Positions 51,151 to 62,346 of a DNA stretch of 64,000 bases are shown piece by piece. The stretch is from Felis catus. Its lineage: Eukaryota. The stretch spans positions 105,712,001 through 105,776,000 of the forward strand of contig NC_058368.1 in assembly GCF_018350175.1 (NCBI RefSeq). The letters are read 5' to 3'. Under the pieces are notes generated by a model. It was not told the DNA's origin, made no database searches, and saw nothing but the letters and a program-made list of their open reading frames with translations. The position numbers and the translations under genes were made by a program. Within the stretch, counting starts at the first letter, position 1; every line of letters starts with the position of its first letter.

Positions 51151-53766
51151 GTAGATGAAGTCTGGAAGACGTCATCAGAAGAGAACATAAAATGCAAAAT
51201 TGCACAGGGATAAAATATTAGTATCATCTATAAACCCAGTGAGCTTAAACTAAAACTGTTTTTATGGTACCCAATGGAGATAAAATTGTGGGTCTGGTTT
51301 ATTATATATGATTCAACTTTTATCAAGAAGCTTCAAAGAAGTTTTGTCTATGATGGCAAGAATAAATGCGTACCACGGCGATCAGGAGCTGCATTCCACT
51401 GATGCAGATGAATCTAGCAGTTGCCAAAAAGTCCAATTAATAGGTAAAGCTTAAATTGTTTTGTACGAGATACAGACTTTGAAACAAATATACTATTTTC
51501 TCAAATGGTCTGTAGTATACCTCAGGATGCTTCTAAGCTACTGTCAAAAAATAAATAAGCTACTGTTAAAATGGCTTTAAGGTACTGCCTTTAAGAATCA
51601 GAACACCTCCTTTCATTTCCCAAAAGGAAGTCACTAGGCCCAAAAGCAAAGTACTCAATTTGAAGCATGCATGCAAACTGCATGGCAGACATTTCATGAA
51701 CTCTCCAAGCTGGGCTTGGACAGACTGCCACTGGGAATAAGTTCACAGGTAGGTGTCTATTCCCAAAAATGATCCAGGAAATTAATTTTTGGAATATTTA
51801 TTCCAGGAACCCCAGATATCATATTCCTAGATTTACTTGATTGCTACACTTCTCAAGAATAAGATAAGGCAGATTAGAAAGTCCTAAACTCATAGCAATA
51901 ATTTCAGTTACGAAACACACTCGGTACTACAAAGTAGGCTGAATGTATTTCTGTCTTCAAGGATTCTGTTAAGGAGGAGCTTGTACCATGAAGTTTGAGG
52001 AAAAAATGAAAGACAAAACTCAGAAAACAAAACAAAACAACAAAAAAGCAAAACCATGGCCTTGAATCAGAAGACTTAGTTCTTCCATCAAAATCTTACT
52101 GCTTGATTTTGCAACTATATTTAAGTCTTCTTCTTCTCGGAACAGGGTTTGTGGCAGAATTAAATAAAACAGTATTTGTTGTGTTCCCAGCAGAATGGTG
52201 GATTAGCTACCCTGAATGTCCCTCCCAATTTAAAGATCCTGCCTAAAATATGAAAAAGTATTTTAAAAATACATTACATTACCCAGCTGGCATGAAAGAA
52301 AGGGAAAAACAGAGTCTCACAATGAAGTGAAAACAGGATCTTGAGAGGTAAGTGCACAGCTAAGTTTCAGATTTACAGCTTCTGCAAAACTCTGGAGACT
52401 TTCAATTTCAGCCCTGATAGTTTCACAGGGTCCAGGAAATAAAAGATAAAAAGCCCAGATTCTCCCTTCCAACACAAAAAGTAATAGAAAACTCCCTCAT
52501 AAACGAAGGGCTCCAAAGACCCATATACTTAGGACAAGGTGATAATGTACAGGAGGGAAGCTAAGAGACTTATCTGTCTCTAACTCAGTGTTGAGTGGAG
52601 GTTAAAAAACAAAACAAAACAAAATTAAACTAAAAACAAAAAACCTCTCCTAAGAATCTTAACTCCAAGTTCTTCCTTACAGAGACACTTTGGTGTCTCA
52701 ATTCATACTAGGCTGCGGTCTGAAAAACTTCAAAGTAAGAATATACTACATAGAGGTCCTCAGGCAGGGATACCGTGCAACTGACAAAGGTAAAATACAG
52801 AAAATTAGGACTTAATATTAAGCAGGTCTCAAAGAATTCTCATAGGCAAAGTCCCAAGAGACAGGAGTGGCTAACAAAAAAATAAATAGCTAAATAAATG
52901 AGTAAATAACACAAAAAAGAAACAAGGCTACATAAACAAAAGCAGCTGAATAAACATCAGATATCAGATATGAGAATGGTCAGGACAGGTGGACAATTTG
53001 TAACTGCTTTTAATGATAATTAATTAAATATTAATTATAAATAAATTATATTTCATATGCTTAAGGCAATTAAAGTCTGAAACTGTGAACAGATAAAAGG
53101 GGTCCATAAACCATGATAGAACAGTCTTAAAAACTTTCAGTGAAACCTCTATAAATGAAAACTATCATAACTGAAATAAAATGCCTAGTGGATGTATTGA
53201 ACAGTATACTGCACATAGCTGAAAAGAGAATTAGTGAGCTCCAAGACGTATCTGAGTAATTTATCTTCAGTGTACTTCAGAGAGACAAAGCCGTGGAGAA
53301 TGTATGAAAAAACAGTTAAAAAATATGGCGGTGAGTATCAGAAGGTAAAATGCATCTAGTAAGAGACTAGAAAGTACTAGGGAAGAGGCAATATTTAACA
53401 GATACTATCTTAGAACCGTTCTAACAAAGTTCCAAGACAGTCTCAGATCTATGATGTCCAATAAGTGGGAAAAATAAAAAGAAATACACAGCTTGCCACA
53501 TCACTATGAAACTGCAGATCCACAAAGAAAAAATAAGGAGGTTAAAAATGGCTAAAAAGAGAGACTGATTACTTTCCAAGGAGTATTTGAACCAATCAAT
53601 GGCTTCTTAATAGCACCAATGGATGCTAAAATACAATGGAATATTGCATCTTCTGTATACTATGATAAAACAGCTGTCAACCTAAAACTCTGTATCCCAA
53701 GAAACCATCTTTCCAGAGAGAAAATTAATGTGATTTTCAGGAACTCATAAAAAGAAAGAATTTTCT

Positions 53767-53975
53767 GAGGCGCCTGGGTGGCTCAGTCAGTTAAGCTTCT
53801 AACTTCCGCTCAGGCCATGACCTCACAGTCTGTGAATTCGAGCCCCACATCAGGCTCTGGGCTGACAGCTCAGAGCCTGGAGCCTGCTTCAGATTCTGTG
53901 TCTCCCTCTCTCTCTGACCCTCCCCCACTCACACGCTGTCTCTGTCTCTCGAGGATAAATAAACAAAAAAAAAAA
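53767..53975 (+). mobile_element. CanSINE nested in L1
   Basis: TSD aaaagaaagaattttct. Confidence 0.94.
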
Positions 53976-54777
53976 AAAAGAAAGAATTTTCTACCAAAAT
54001 ATTCTTGCTAAAGGAAATTCTAGAAGAGGTGCTTCAAGCAAAAGGAAGATGATTCCAAATAGAAGGTTTGAAATATATGAAGGAATAATGAGGAAAAATA
54101 ATTAGATATGCAAGTATATATAAAAAAAACTCTGTAATATTACACAGAAATAATAATTTGTTTCAAACAGAGTGGCAACTGACTAGAATTTTTAAAAGTT
54201 GAGAGGGGGAGATCTAAGTGCAGTAACCATCCTAATATTCTTTCATTGTTTTGTATGAGTAAAATACATATTATTTTTAGACTTTATGTTACATATGCAC
54301 CTTAAAATGCTAGGATAACTGCTAAAACAACAGAAATGGAAGTATATAATTTCTAAACAATAAATTTAAAAGAATGGGGTGTGAGGGAGGAGGGAAACCA
54401 ATAAATAAAAAAGAGCAAGAAAGAGAAAAAAAGTAACAGAAAAGAAAGATAAATAAGAAGCAGTAAGAGAAGTACAAACAGATTGGTTACTATAATAAAT
54501 ACAAATGGATTTAAATCTCAATTTAAAGGCAAAGATTTTCAGATTGTGAAAAAATATTTTTTTAATATTTAGGCTGTTTAGAGGAGATATATTTACAATC
54601 TAAGGAAAAAGAAAGATTGACAGGAAAAATATACACCAGGCACATATTTAAACCCTCTAAACCCCACTCACAACATGTGATGCACAATGAAATAAAATAC
54701 ACAAAAATAAAGTATTAAGGAAAAGATCAAGAAGAAAACAATTTTAGGAAGCCAATACATATTGAAAAAAAGGTTCA

Positions 54778-54999
54778 GGGGCGCCTGGGTGGCGCAGTCG
54801 GTTAAGCGTCCGACTTCAGCCAGGTCACGATCTCGCGGTCCGTGGGTTCGAGCCCCGCGTCGGGCTCTGGGCTGATGGCTCAGAGCCTGGAGCCTGTTTC
54901 CGATTCTGTGTCTCCCTCTCTCTCTGCCCCTCCCCCGTTCATGCTCTGTCTCTCTCTGTCCCAAAAATAAATAAACGTTGAAAAAAAAAAATTTTTTAA
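54778..54999 (+). mobile_element. CanSINE, young felid subfamily, nested in L1
   Basis: 14-bp TSD gaaaaaaaggttca (54764-54777, 55000-55013). Confidence 0.96.
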
Positions 55000-57900
55000 G
55001 AAAAAAAGGTTCAATTCACCAGGAAAACATAATATTTTAGATATTTTTCACTTTGTAACATAACATCAAAATATATACACAAAAACTTAAAGAACCACAT
55101 GGAGAAACTGAGAACTCTACTATCACAGTGGAATATTTACACACCTCTTTCAGTAATGGGCAGATATAGCAGACAAAATTCAGTAGATAAAGAAAAAATG
55201 TGAATGGTACAAGTCACAAGTTTGATCTAGTGGACAGATTTATTCAACAACTGGAGAAAACACATCTTTTTCAAGCCCATGTGGAAAACTCGCAAACCAT
55301 GGAAACCCCATACACTATAAACAACTCATGGGTCAAATACAATATCACACTGGAAGTAAGGTAATATGTATAAAAATGAGTAGGTGCTCATCAGGAATCT
55401 ATACCAGTTCCAGACTTTCGCAATCTGCAATGATATTGTGAGAGGTCTACAAATCAGTATTTACAGTGAACACTGAAAAATCAGTATAAAATGCCTCACC
55501 ATATGTAGGCACTACTGTGATTCTCATATATGGAGACTTCACTGTGACTAATAAAACACAAATTCATTTAAAATGATTACTAAATGCCCAGTTGCTTTTC
55601 TATAATGCAGTTTCTCAAAGATAATGAATTATCATCCTGAGTGGACCTAAAAAGCAATTTTCTGTGTGTCCAAGGGGGTCTTCAAATTCGATTAATATAA
55701 ATAACCACTGCTTTACATGATTTGGAAATCTCTACTCAGCCCTAAGATATGTATTGGACGAAACCATGTCATTTGTGAAAGGGTGGAAGGACAGAAAGAG
55801 AGGATTGGAAAATAAATCATACATTTTTTTCATAAATTCTATGATTAGTTTCTTCTAATAACATCAGAGAAGCAGGCAATCTACTTCCAACCCTTAGAGT
55901 CAAATTCATATTATGATAAAATACAGATTAGTTTGATGTCCCATAGTTAATGTCTCCCTAAAAATATGTTACAAACCAAACCAGAGGCTCATTCCTTTGC
56001 ATAACAAAAATTGCATGGTTTTGGGAAAGCACTGGGTTGAAAACGTGTCACATGCAAGAATATCTAGATAGAAAAGGGACACTCAGTAGGACTAAGAGTT
56101 GTCTAGGCACACCATCCCTTGAAATAGGGAATTATTAGGGATGAAGGCAGATGAGGCAGATTTATTATACAACAAGGACAAATCCTTCTAACGCTTGATA
56201 TATGTTTAACTGCAGGAGTGATATGCCAGAAATAATGAAAACAAGCCTATTTTTCCAATAATCTCCTATCACCCTCACCACATTCCTGAGCAAGGTTTAC
56301 ATGAAGTCTCATTTAAAGCCACACTGTGGAAGAGGAAGCAATTCATCTTCTCTGATTAAAATATGGATCTAACTTGAAGCAAAATAATGGTACTCTTATC
56401 AGTGTTTTCTCATGACTTGACATTTACTCGAAGCTTAATTTAAGAGAACTAATGGTTAATTACACAATGTGATGAAAACTTTGTAAAAGCTGGGGACTGT
56501 ACCTCGAAATAAATAGATCTCCTGTTGAATGAGTTTTGCTCTTTAAAAATGAAGGATTCAGCCAGAAAACACTGATAAGGTTAGCTCAGGTCAGAATATT
56601 AGTGATCGTAGGTGGTCAATAAATAGAAGCCATTGTCTCAGGCTGCATCCCCTGATACTGGAGGACTGCACCTGCCTCTTTGATGATCTGGGGCCAACTT
56701 GGGTTCCCCTTGATTAATTCTGCAGATTCTTGCTATTCCTAAAATACTTCCGTGTATGCTTTCATGTTTCCATTACACAAGGCTAACGGGAACAAGGAAC
56801 AATGAAAGAAATAGAAGCACTGTGGCTCCTAGGTTTATTTTTTTCCTTAAAATAATGAAGTGTTTCTTCCTTAACTATATAACCCTTTTCTTGCTAGGAC
56901 ATTCCTTCCTAATTAAAACCAGTATCCCTGTTCCACCACTTGTCTTCTACATGATTCTGAAGTTAAAGGTAAAACACTACTCAGTATACTGTTGCTTCTC
57001 TGTCTCCCCTTCTCCCTTTAGTTAAACATTTTTAGGCATCTCGGGTTATCTCTCAAGCATTTTGCAAATAGGCACGTGCACATGTGATCAACACCCATGG
57101 CCACCTAGAAAGAGCATCTCCTGGTCATCACTCTCTATCTTTCTCATTTCTTTTAAAATGTTTTTCCCCCACTGATTTTCGTCTCTGGTCTCTGTCCTGC
57201 TCAAATTCTTAAGTCACTCTCACTGCTCTCTGGATCAATTTGATACTCCTCAGCACAGAAGTTAAGAACCTCAGCAACAGAATCTTTATCTCAACCATCT
57301 GCCTTGTTTTGTTTCCAACTATTTCCTCCCCTCAGCTCTCTTTCTCAGATGAACTCTTTGCACCCTCTCCAGAGCCCCTCACACAAAGTTTCTGTGTCTT
57401 GCTCATGCCTTTCTTCTTTGCTTGGCAAACCTCTGTTCCCTTTATGAAGCGCCTACCTGTGTGCCAGGGTCTACGCCAGTGCCCATTTCCTCAAGAATTT
57501 TTGACTTATAGCATCCAGTGCCTACAAAACGATTTAGCAATTAATCACCTATGGCCTCAAATGTTCTTCTTATTTTTTTTTTCACATTATGTTTTCAGGT
57601 TTTGTTTCCTTAAGAATATTCCAAGGCAATATAGTGCACTGAAACGTTTGTAAGGCTCAAGAAAATGTCCTAGGATGTTGTAGCTATAAGATTTCTGAAC
57701 GCTCTCATTTTCTGAATTTCATTGGCTTTGCTGCTGACTGGTGCTTTTGTATCTCTGCTCAAGGTCCCTGCTGGCTCTGTTCATAACAGCAGCAGGCACG
57801 TCATCTTGCATACAGAATTTGCTCACTGCTCTTATCAATTCATTAATTACTCATTGCTGCCTGGCAATCACTCTCTTTGCCTATATAACAATTTGGAAAT

Positions 57901-58811
57901 TAGGTATCAATAATGCCAGAGTATTCTAAAATGACACAAAGGTCATTAAGTTGGGCTATTAAAAATGCTTCTAAGAAAAAGATTATGAGGCATATTTCTA
58001 CTCTTTTTAGAACTGACGTATGTTAGTACTCTGCGTTGAAAAGAAAGCTCTGTCCTGGATATTAAAAAGAAAACTTGATAAAACATACTAGATAAAATTA
58101 AATTAGGCACTTGACTTTCATATTTAGTATAAAGTAAAATGGGAAAACTATCCTAGTTTAAAATTAAAATGCCCAGCTAAATTCTTCTGTCATATGAAAC
58201 TGTTTTCCTACCCATAAAAGAAAAAAAGGCAGTTTATTGATGCTTTACCCATGATCTTAGACAAAAGGCCAAGAAGCGATTATTGATGCTTTATAATGTG
58301 GTATAGACTCAGGATATTTTTGTTAACTAGAATAAGAAATTATGGCAGCATTAAGCCTTCATGGAGATAACATGCATTTTCATACTCAAAAAAAAAGTTC
58401 TTAGTCCAGCCAACTCATTATTGTCAGTATGCATGTGGTTATAAAATAAATAGCAGAGAAATATCCAGGACATACATAATTCAATCATAAACAAATACAG
58501 TCTAAGAAAATACAGAGTCAAATTTTTAAAAATTAAAATCAAAGATCTCTTACACATTAAAACATCAGATTTGTTTTTTTTTTCATATATGGAAAACACA
58601 TCCTTACTCCAAATGTAACACAGTTACTCAAAAATGTTTTAAGGTGGTTACTTAATTTAAATATGGCTTTATAATTTTGGAGTGTCATTCTCCCCTCCTT
58701 AGGGGATTCTCCTTTGATCCTGGGTCAGGATGTCAACACTGAAATGAATGGAGAGTCTCACACTTAGCACAGGACTCAAAGTGCCTCAGCTCTTAGAAGC
58801 TTAAGCAGGCT

Positions 58812-59042
58812 GGGGCGCCTGGGTGGCGCAGTCGGTTAAGCGTCCGACTTCAGCCAGGTCACGATCTCGCGGTCCGTGAGTTCGAGCCCCGCGTCGGGCT
58901 CTGGGCTGATGGCTCAGAGCCTGGAGCCTGTTTCCGATTCTGTGTCTCCCTGTCTCTCTGCACCTCCCCCGTTCATGCTCTGTCTCTCTCTGTCCCAAAA
59001 ATAAATAAACGTTGGAAAAAAAAAAAAAAAAAAAAAAAAAAA
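58812..59042 (+). mobile_element. CanSINE, young felid subfamily, long pure poly(A)
   Basis: 17-bp TSD agaagcttaagcaggct (58795-58811, 59043-59059); about 28 uninterrupted A. Confidence 0.97.
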
Positions 59043-59159
59043 AGAAGCTTAAGCAGGCTTAGGGGCATCCTGGACCCCAACACACCACGTCCAGCAGGAT
59101 GCCAAATGATGTAAAGCAGTTATTAATCAACACAAAATTCTTACATCCAACATCATCTA

Positions 59160-59620
59160 CTTCATCCATTTGCTGGTTTTCTATCCATTCGTAAAAGATT
59201 TATTGAGCCCACAGGACTACACAAGTCACCATGTGAGGCTCCCAGGGAGCAGCATAACGCAGAACCAATGGAGCTTATAGTCTGACTGACATATAGAGTG
59301 TAAATATCTGTGCAATGTGAGAAAGCCAGAAATGAAGGAAATGAAAAATATTATGGGACGGGCTGATTAATTGTGCCCAAAAAGAAAATGTGACATCTAA
59401 CTGGGGACTCAGAGGACGAGTCAGGTTTTAATGAGCACAGTGAGGGGACATCAAGATGCTTCAGAAGAGAAGCTATCATGGACAAAGGTATGGCAGTTTG
59501 GTCATGTACAGCAGTGACAGAAATGTGAGTGTTGAGGCAGCAAGCTATTAGCAATGGATCTTGAATAAAAGCTGGGACCAGGTTCTGAAGGGCTTTGAAT
59601 GTTCAGGTAAAGACTTAAAA
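59160..59620 (-). mobile_element. LINE-2 3' remnant
   Basis: ccattcgtaaaagatttattgagccc...ggagcttatagtctgactg...gaagggctttgaatg. Confidence 0.6.
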
Positions 59621-60619
59621 CTTTACAGAGACAGGCAAGAGATGAAGAGAGTTTATGGTAATTTCAAAGTAAATCAAATATCTGACACCAAAGAGAAACA
59701 ACCTCCATAAATAACTGGGAATCTTGATCTTGATTATCAGAATATAACAAAGACTATGCCTCTTTTTCAATGCAAAAAAAAAAAAAAATGAACACAAATT
59801 GTTGACTAAAATATTTAGAAATTTTAAAAAATCAAACATGAGGATGTAATTTGGAAATATAATATAAAAGACTAACATTTGTTGCGTCAAATTCTTCTTT
59901 CTAACTAATTTATTTCCCTTATCACCCCTTAAAAACCTCCATTCCAATCCATTCTCAAAGGCCTTCAATTACTCTACAGTGCCTACCAAATGAAATACCT
60001 TACTTGGATTTCCAGAACTTCACAATAATAGAGTCGCTTACGTCTCCAGCCTCCCTTTTTCACCTTGCCATATTCTAGAACATAAGTTTCCTGAAACCAG
60101 GGTCAATGGCATCCAGCAAGTGATGTTCAATGATGGCTTCCAAATGGCTATTTCTCCTACAGCGTTGGGTCTATGTCTGTTTCAAGGTGGTGAATGTGTG
60201 GATGTGTGTGTACACACAGTATCTTCCTACACAGTTTTAGAAAATCAAGCCAGTCGGGGTAGTTCTTACTAGTTTTCAACTCTCACTGACCGCTGACTTT
60301 GAAATTATGTTACATACATTAGACTTACATGCAGTGAATCAATGGGCATACTGACCCTAAAACTGATTAAATTTTCTCCATGTTATAGACCTAATATTCC
60401 ACATAAAATGTTTGACCTAACGTAAGATAGGAACTTTGATGCATTCATAAAGAACAAACAACTATCATTCAAATCTTGTCACTCTAAGAGGGGAGAGGAA
60501 GGCTAGAAGCAGACATCCTACCTCTTAAAGCAGATTGTTCATATGGTGCTAAAGAAACCACTCAGACTAAGACCTTGATATTTAGACACAGGTTATCCAC
60601 TGCCTTAAAGTAGGTAAGG

Positions 60620-60810
60620 AGGCAGCATAGTGGGGCAGTAACACAGATGCAGGTGTTACTGGAGCAATCTGGATAAGAACACTGGTTCCATCTATTGGCT
60701 CTATACTATTGTGTAAGTCACTTAAATTCTCTGAACCTCAAATGTCATCGTGTGCAAATCTGAATAATTACACATATCACACAGAGCTATTACAAGGATT
60801 ACATAACATA
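60620..60810 (+). mobile_element. MIR remnant
   Basis: gaggcagcatagtgg...aagtcacttaaattctctgaacctca...acagagctattacaaggatta. Confidence 0.72.
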
Positions 60811-60924
60811 TGGGTCCAGTGCAGGCATATATATCCTTCTTCTCCTCCTCGTAATGACAATATATTTTATGAACACAGGGGAAGGGAAGGAAAAATAAAA
60901 TAAAATAAAAACAGAGAAGGAGGC

Positions 60925-61122
60925 AAACCTTAAGAGATTCTTAAATACAGAGAACTGAGGTTTGATGGAGGGGTCTGGAGGGAGGGATGAGCTAAATGGG
61001 TGATGGGCATTAAGGAGGGCATGTGTTGGGTTGAGCACTGGGTGATATACGTAAGTGATGAATCACTAAATTCTACTCCTGAAACCATTATTACGCTATA
61101 TGTTAACTTGAAGTTAAAAAAA
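60925..61122 (+). mobile_element. Carnivore LINE-1 3'UTR fragment (5'-truncated)
   Basis: aaatgggtgatgggcattaaggagggca...gagcactgggtg...gtgatgaatcactaaattctactcctgaaacc, then an A tail. Confidence 0.88.
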
Positions 61123-61288
61123 AGGAAAAAAACAATAAAGAATATTTTATTGTACATTTACTAGAAGAAACTGAAATACAGACAGGTCAGTGTATTGCTC
61201 AAGGCCCCACAGCTATGAGATAATGAGATAAGATAGCTGTCCAATGCCTTGCATGTGGCATGTGTCTCATAAATGGTAACTATTATTT

Positions 61289-61502
61289 ATTTTAATTTTT
61301 TAAATTTCTATGTATTCTTGAGAGAGAGAGAGAGACAGAGTGTGAGCAGCGGAGGAACAGAGAGAGGAAGACAGAATCCAAAGCAGGCTCCAGGCTCCGG
61401 GGTGTCAGCACAGAGCCTGACACGGGGTCGAACCCATGAACCATGAGTTCATGACCTGAGCCAAAATCAGATGCCCAACTGACCAAGACACCCAGGTGCC
61501 CC
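61289..61502 (-). mobile_element. CanSINE
   Basis: Full-length reverse complement; degenerate TSD cataaatg..ctattattt. Confidence 0.9.
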
Positions 61503-62220
61503 ATAAATGCTATTATTTTCACTACCACTACCTCTGTTTCTTCTATGACAGCCATTGTTGTTGTTCTATTATTTAGGATGACAACACAGTATTTTGAAGG
61601 AGGGATCCCCATCCCTCATGTTCACTGTTGGATGGTTGCCCTAAGCTTAAGCTTTGCTCAATAAAGGATGACCTACATCATAACTGAGAAGCAGTGTTTC
61701 ATTTGTCTAAACAAAGGAAAACATACAAATGTATTTGGCTCTACTCTGAATATGTTTAAAACACAAAATTAAAGGTGTCAATTTCTTTTCTGCAATAATT
61801 ATTTTCACTAGAATAAACAAGCTCTAAGTAAATAAGACACTGACATGCATTCATAATGAATGCATAGCAACAAAAGAAACTTTAATTACTACATCCCGGC
61901 TTCCAAGGCAGATTAAAAAAAAATCTTTCTCCGGCCTTTTTGTGTCTAGCACTGGCCAAGAGCAATGTCTTGAGGAAGTCTTTCTTCATTTCCAAAATGA
62001 CTCTGACAACATAAAACAAACCCAGATGGCTTGTGAAACTGAAGTCTTTGCAAAGAGCACCTGGTCTATCAATCCCTCAATAGTGGTACCATTTATTTTA
62101 AACAACCTTTTCAGCCATTTACCCAATGGTTTTATAATCGTTGCCATCTTCATACGTGTTTGGGCTATTCTGTTATTATAAAGGAGCACTGTATTGTGCC
62201 TTCAAAAATCCAAGGCTTAC

Positions 62221-62346
62221 CGATGCACCGAGAGCCATCTGTTGAGGTTACATATCCACGTGGACAAACGCAAAAATAGCTTCCCACGGTGTTGGAACAT
62301 TCGCCAGTCACACATATCCCAGGAATGACGCTGCACTCATCGATGT
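62221..62346 (-). CDS. FBN2: FBN2 exon 8, cbEGF2 (126 nt)
   Basis: (D)[41 protein letters not shown]; tag|AC acceptor, G|gtaagc donor. Confidence 0.96.

Larger units (their letters stand above)
52190..55340 (+). mobile_element. Ancient LINE-1 (L1M) 5' portion with decayed ORF1 and ORF2 endonuclease region, antisense to FBN2, interrupted by two SINEs
   Basis: A-rich; ORF1-like gaaaagagaattagtgagct and gtcaacctaaaactctgtatccca; EN-like aatacaaatggatttaaatctcaatttaaaggcaaaga, ggttcaattcaccaggaaaacataatattt and cacatctttttcaagcccatgtggaa; no intact ORF. Confidence 0.8.
1549..62346 (-). other. FBN2: Fibrillin-2 gene, internal segment (exons ~8-27; gene continues beyond both window ends)
   Basis: 20 exons with AG/GT ends in fibrillin domain order; Gly-rich (not Pro-rich) region after TB1 and RGD at the end of TB3 identify FBN2 rather than FBN1 or FBN3. 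Confidence 0.98.

Noticed and set aside
52190..55340. Potentially active LINE-1 or domesticated ORF
   Set aside because: Heavily decayed, interrupted by two SINEs, truncated within the endonuclease region; no long L1 ORF in the track.
57240..57653. 137-aa plus-strand ORF as a nested antisense gene
   Set aside because: TTG start, Phe/Leu/Ser-rich composition typical of pyrimidine-rich noncoding or old repeat DNA; no domain or splice support.
14009..58998. Four near-identical ORFs (MGQRETE.ERGR...; 14009, 21836, 54668, 58801) resembling a small multicopy gene family
   Set aside because: All are antisense translations of young CanSINEs with TSDs and start at TTG; not genes.
533..61502. tRNA-like A/B-box sequences as tRNA genes
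   Set aside because: They are heads of tRNA-derived CanSINEs followed by SINE bodies and A-rich tails.
1549..62346. FBN1, FBN3 or LTBP identity, pseudogene status, or a missing or duplicated exon
   Set aside because: Gly-rich exon and TB3 RGD specify FBN2; all expected exons, including the 51- and 54-nt ones, are present once, in order, in frame and with intact cysteines.
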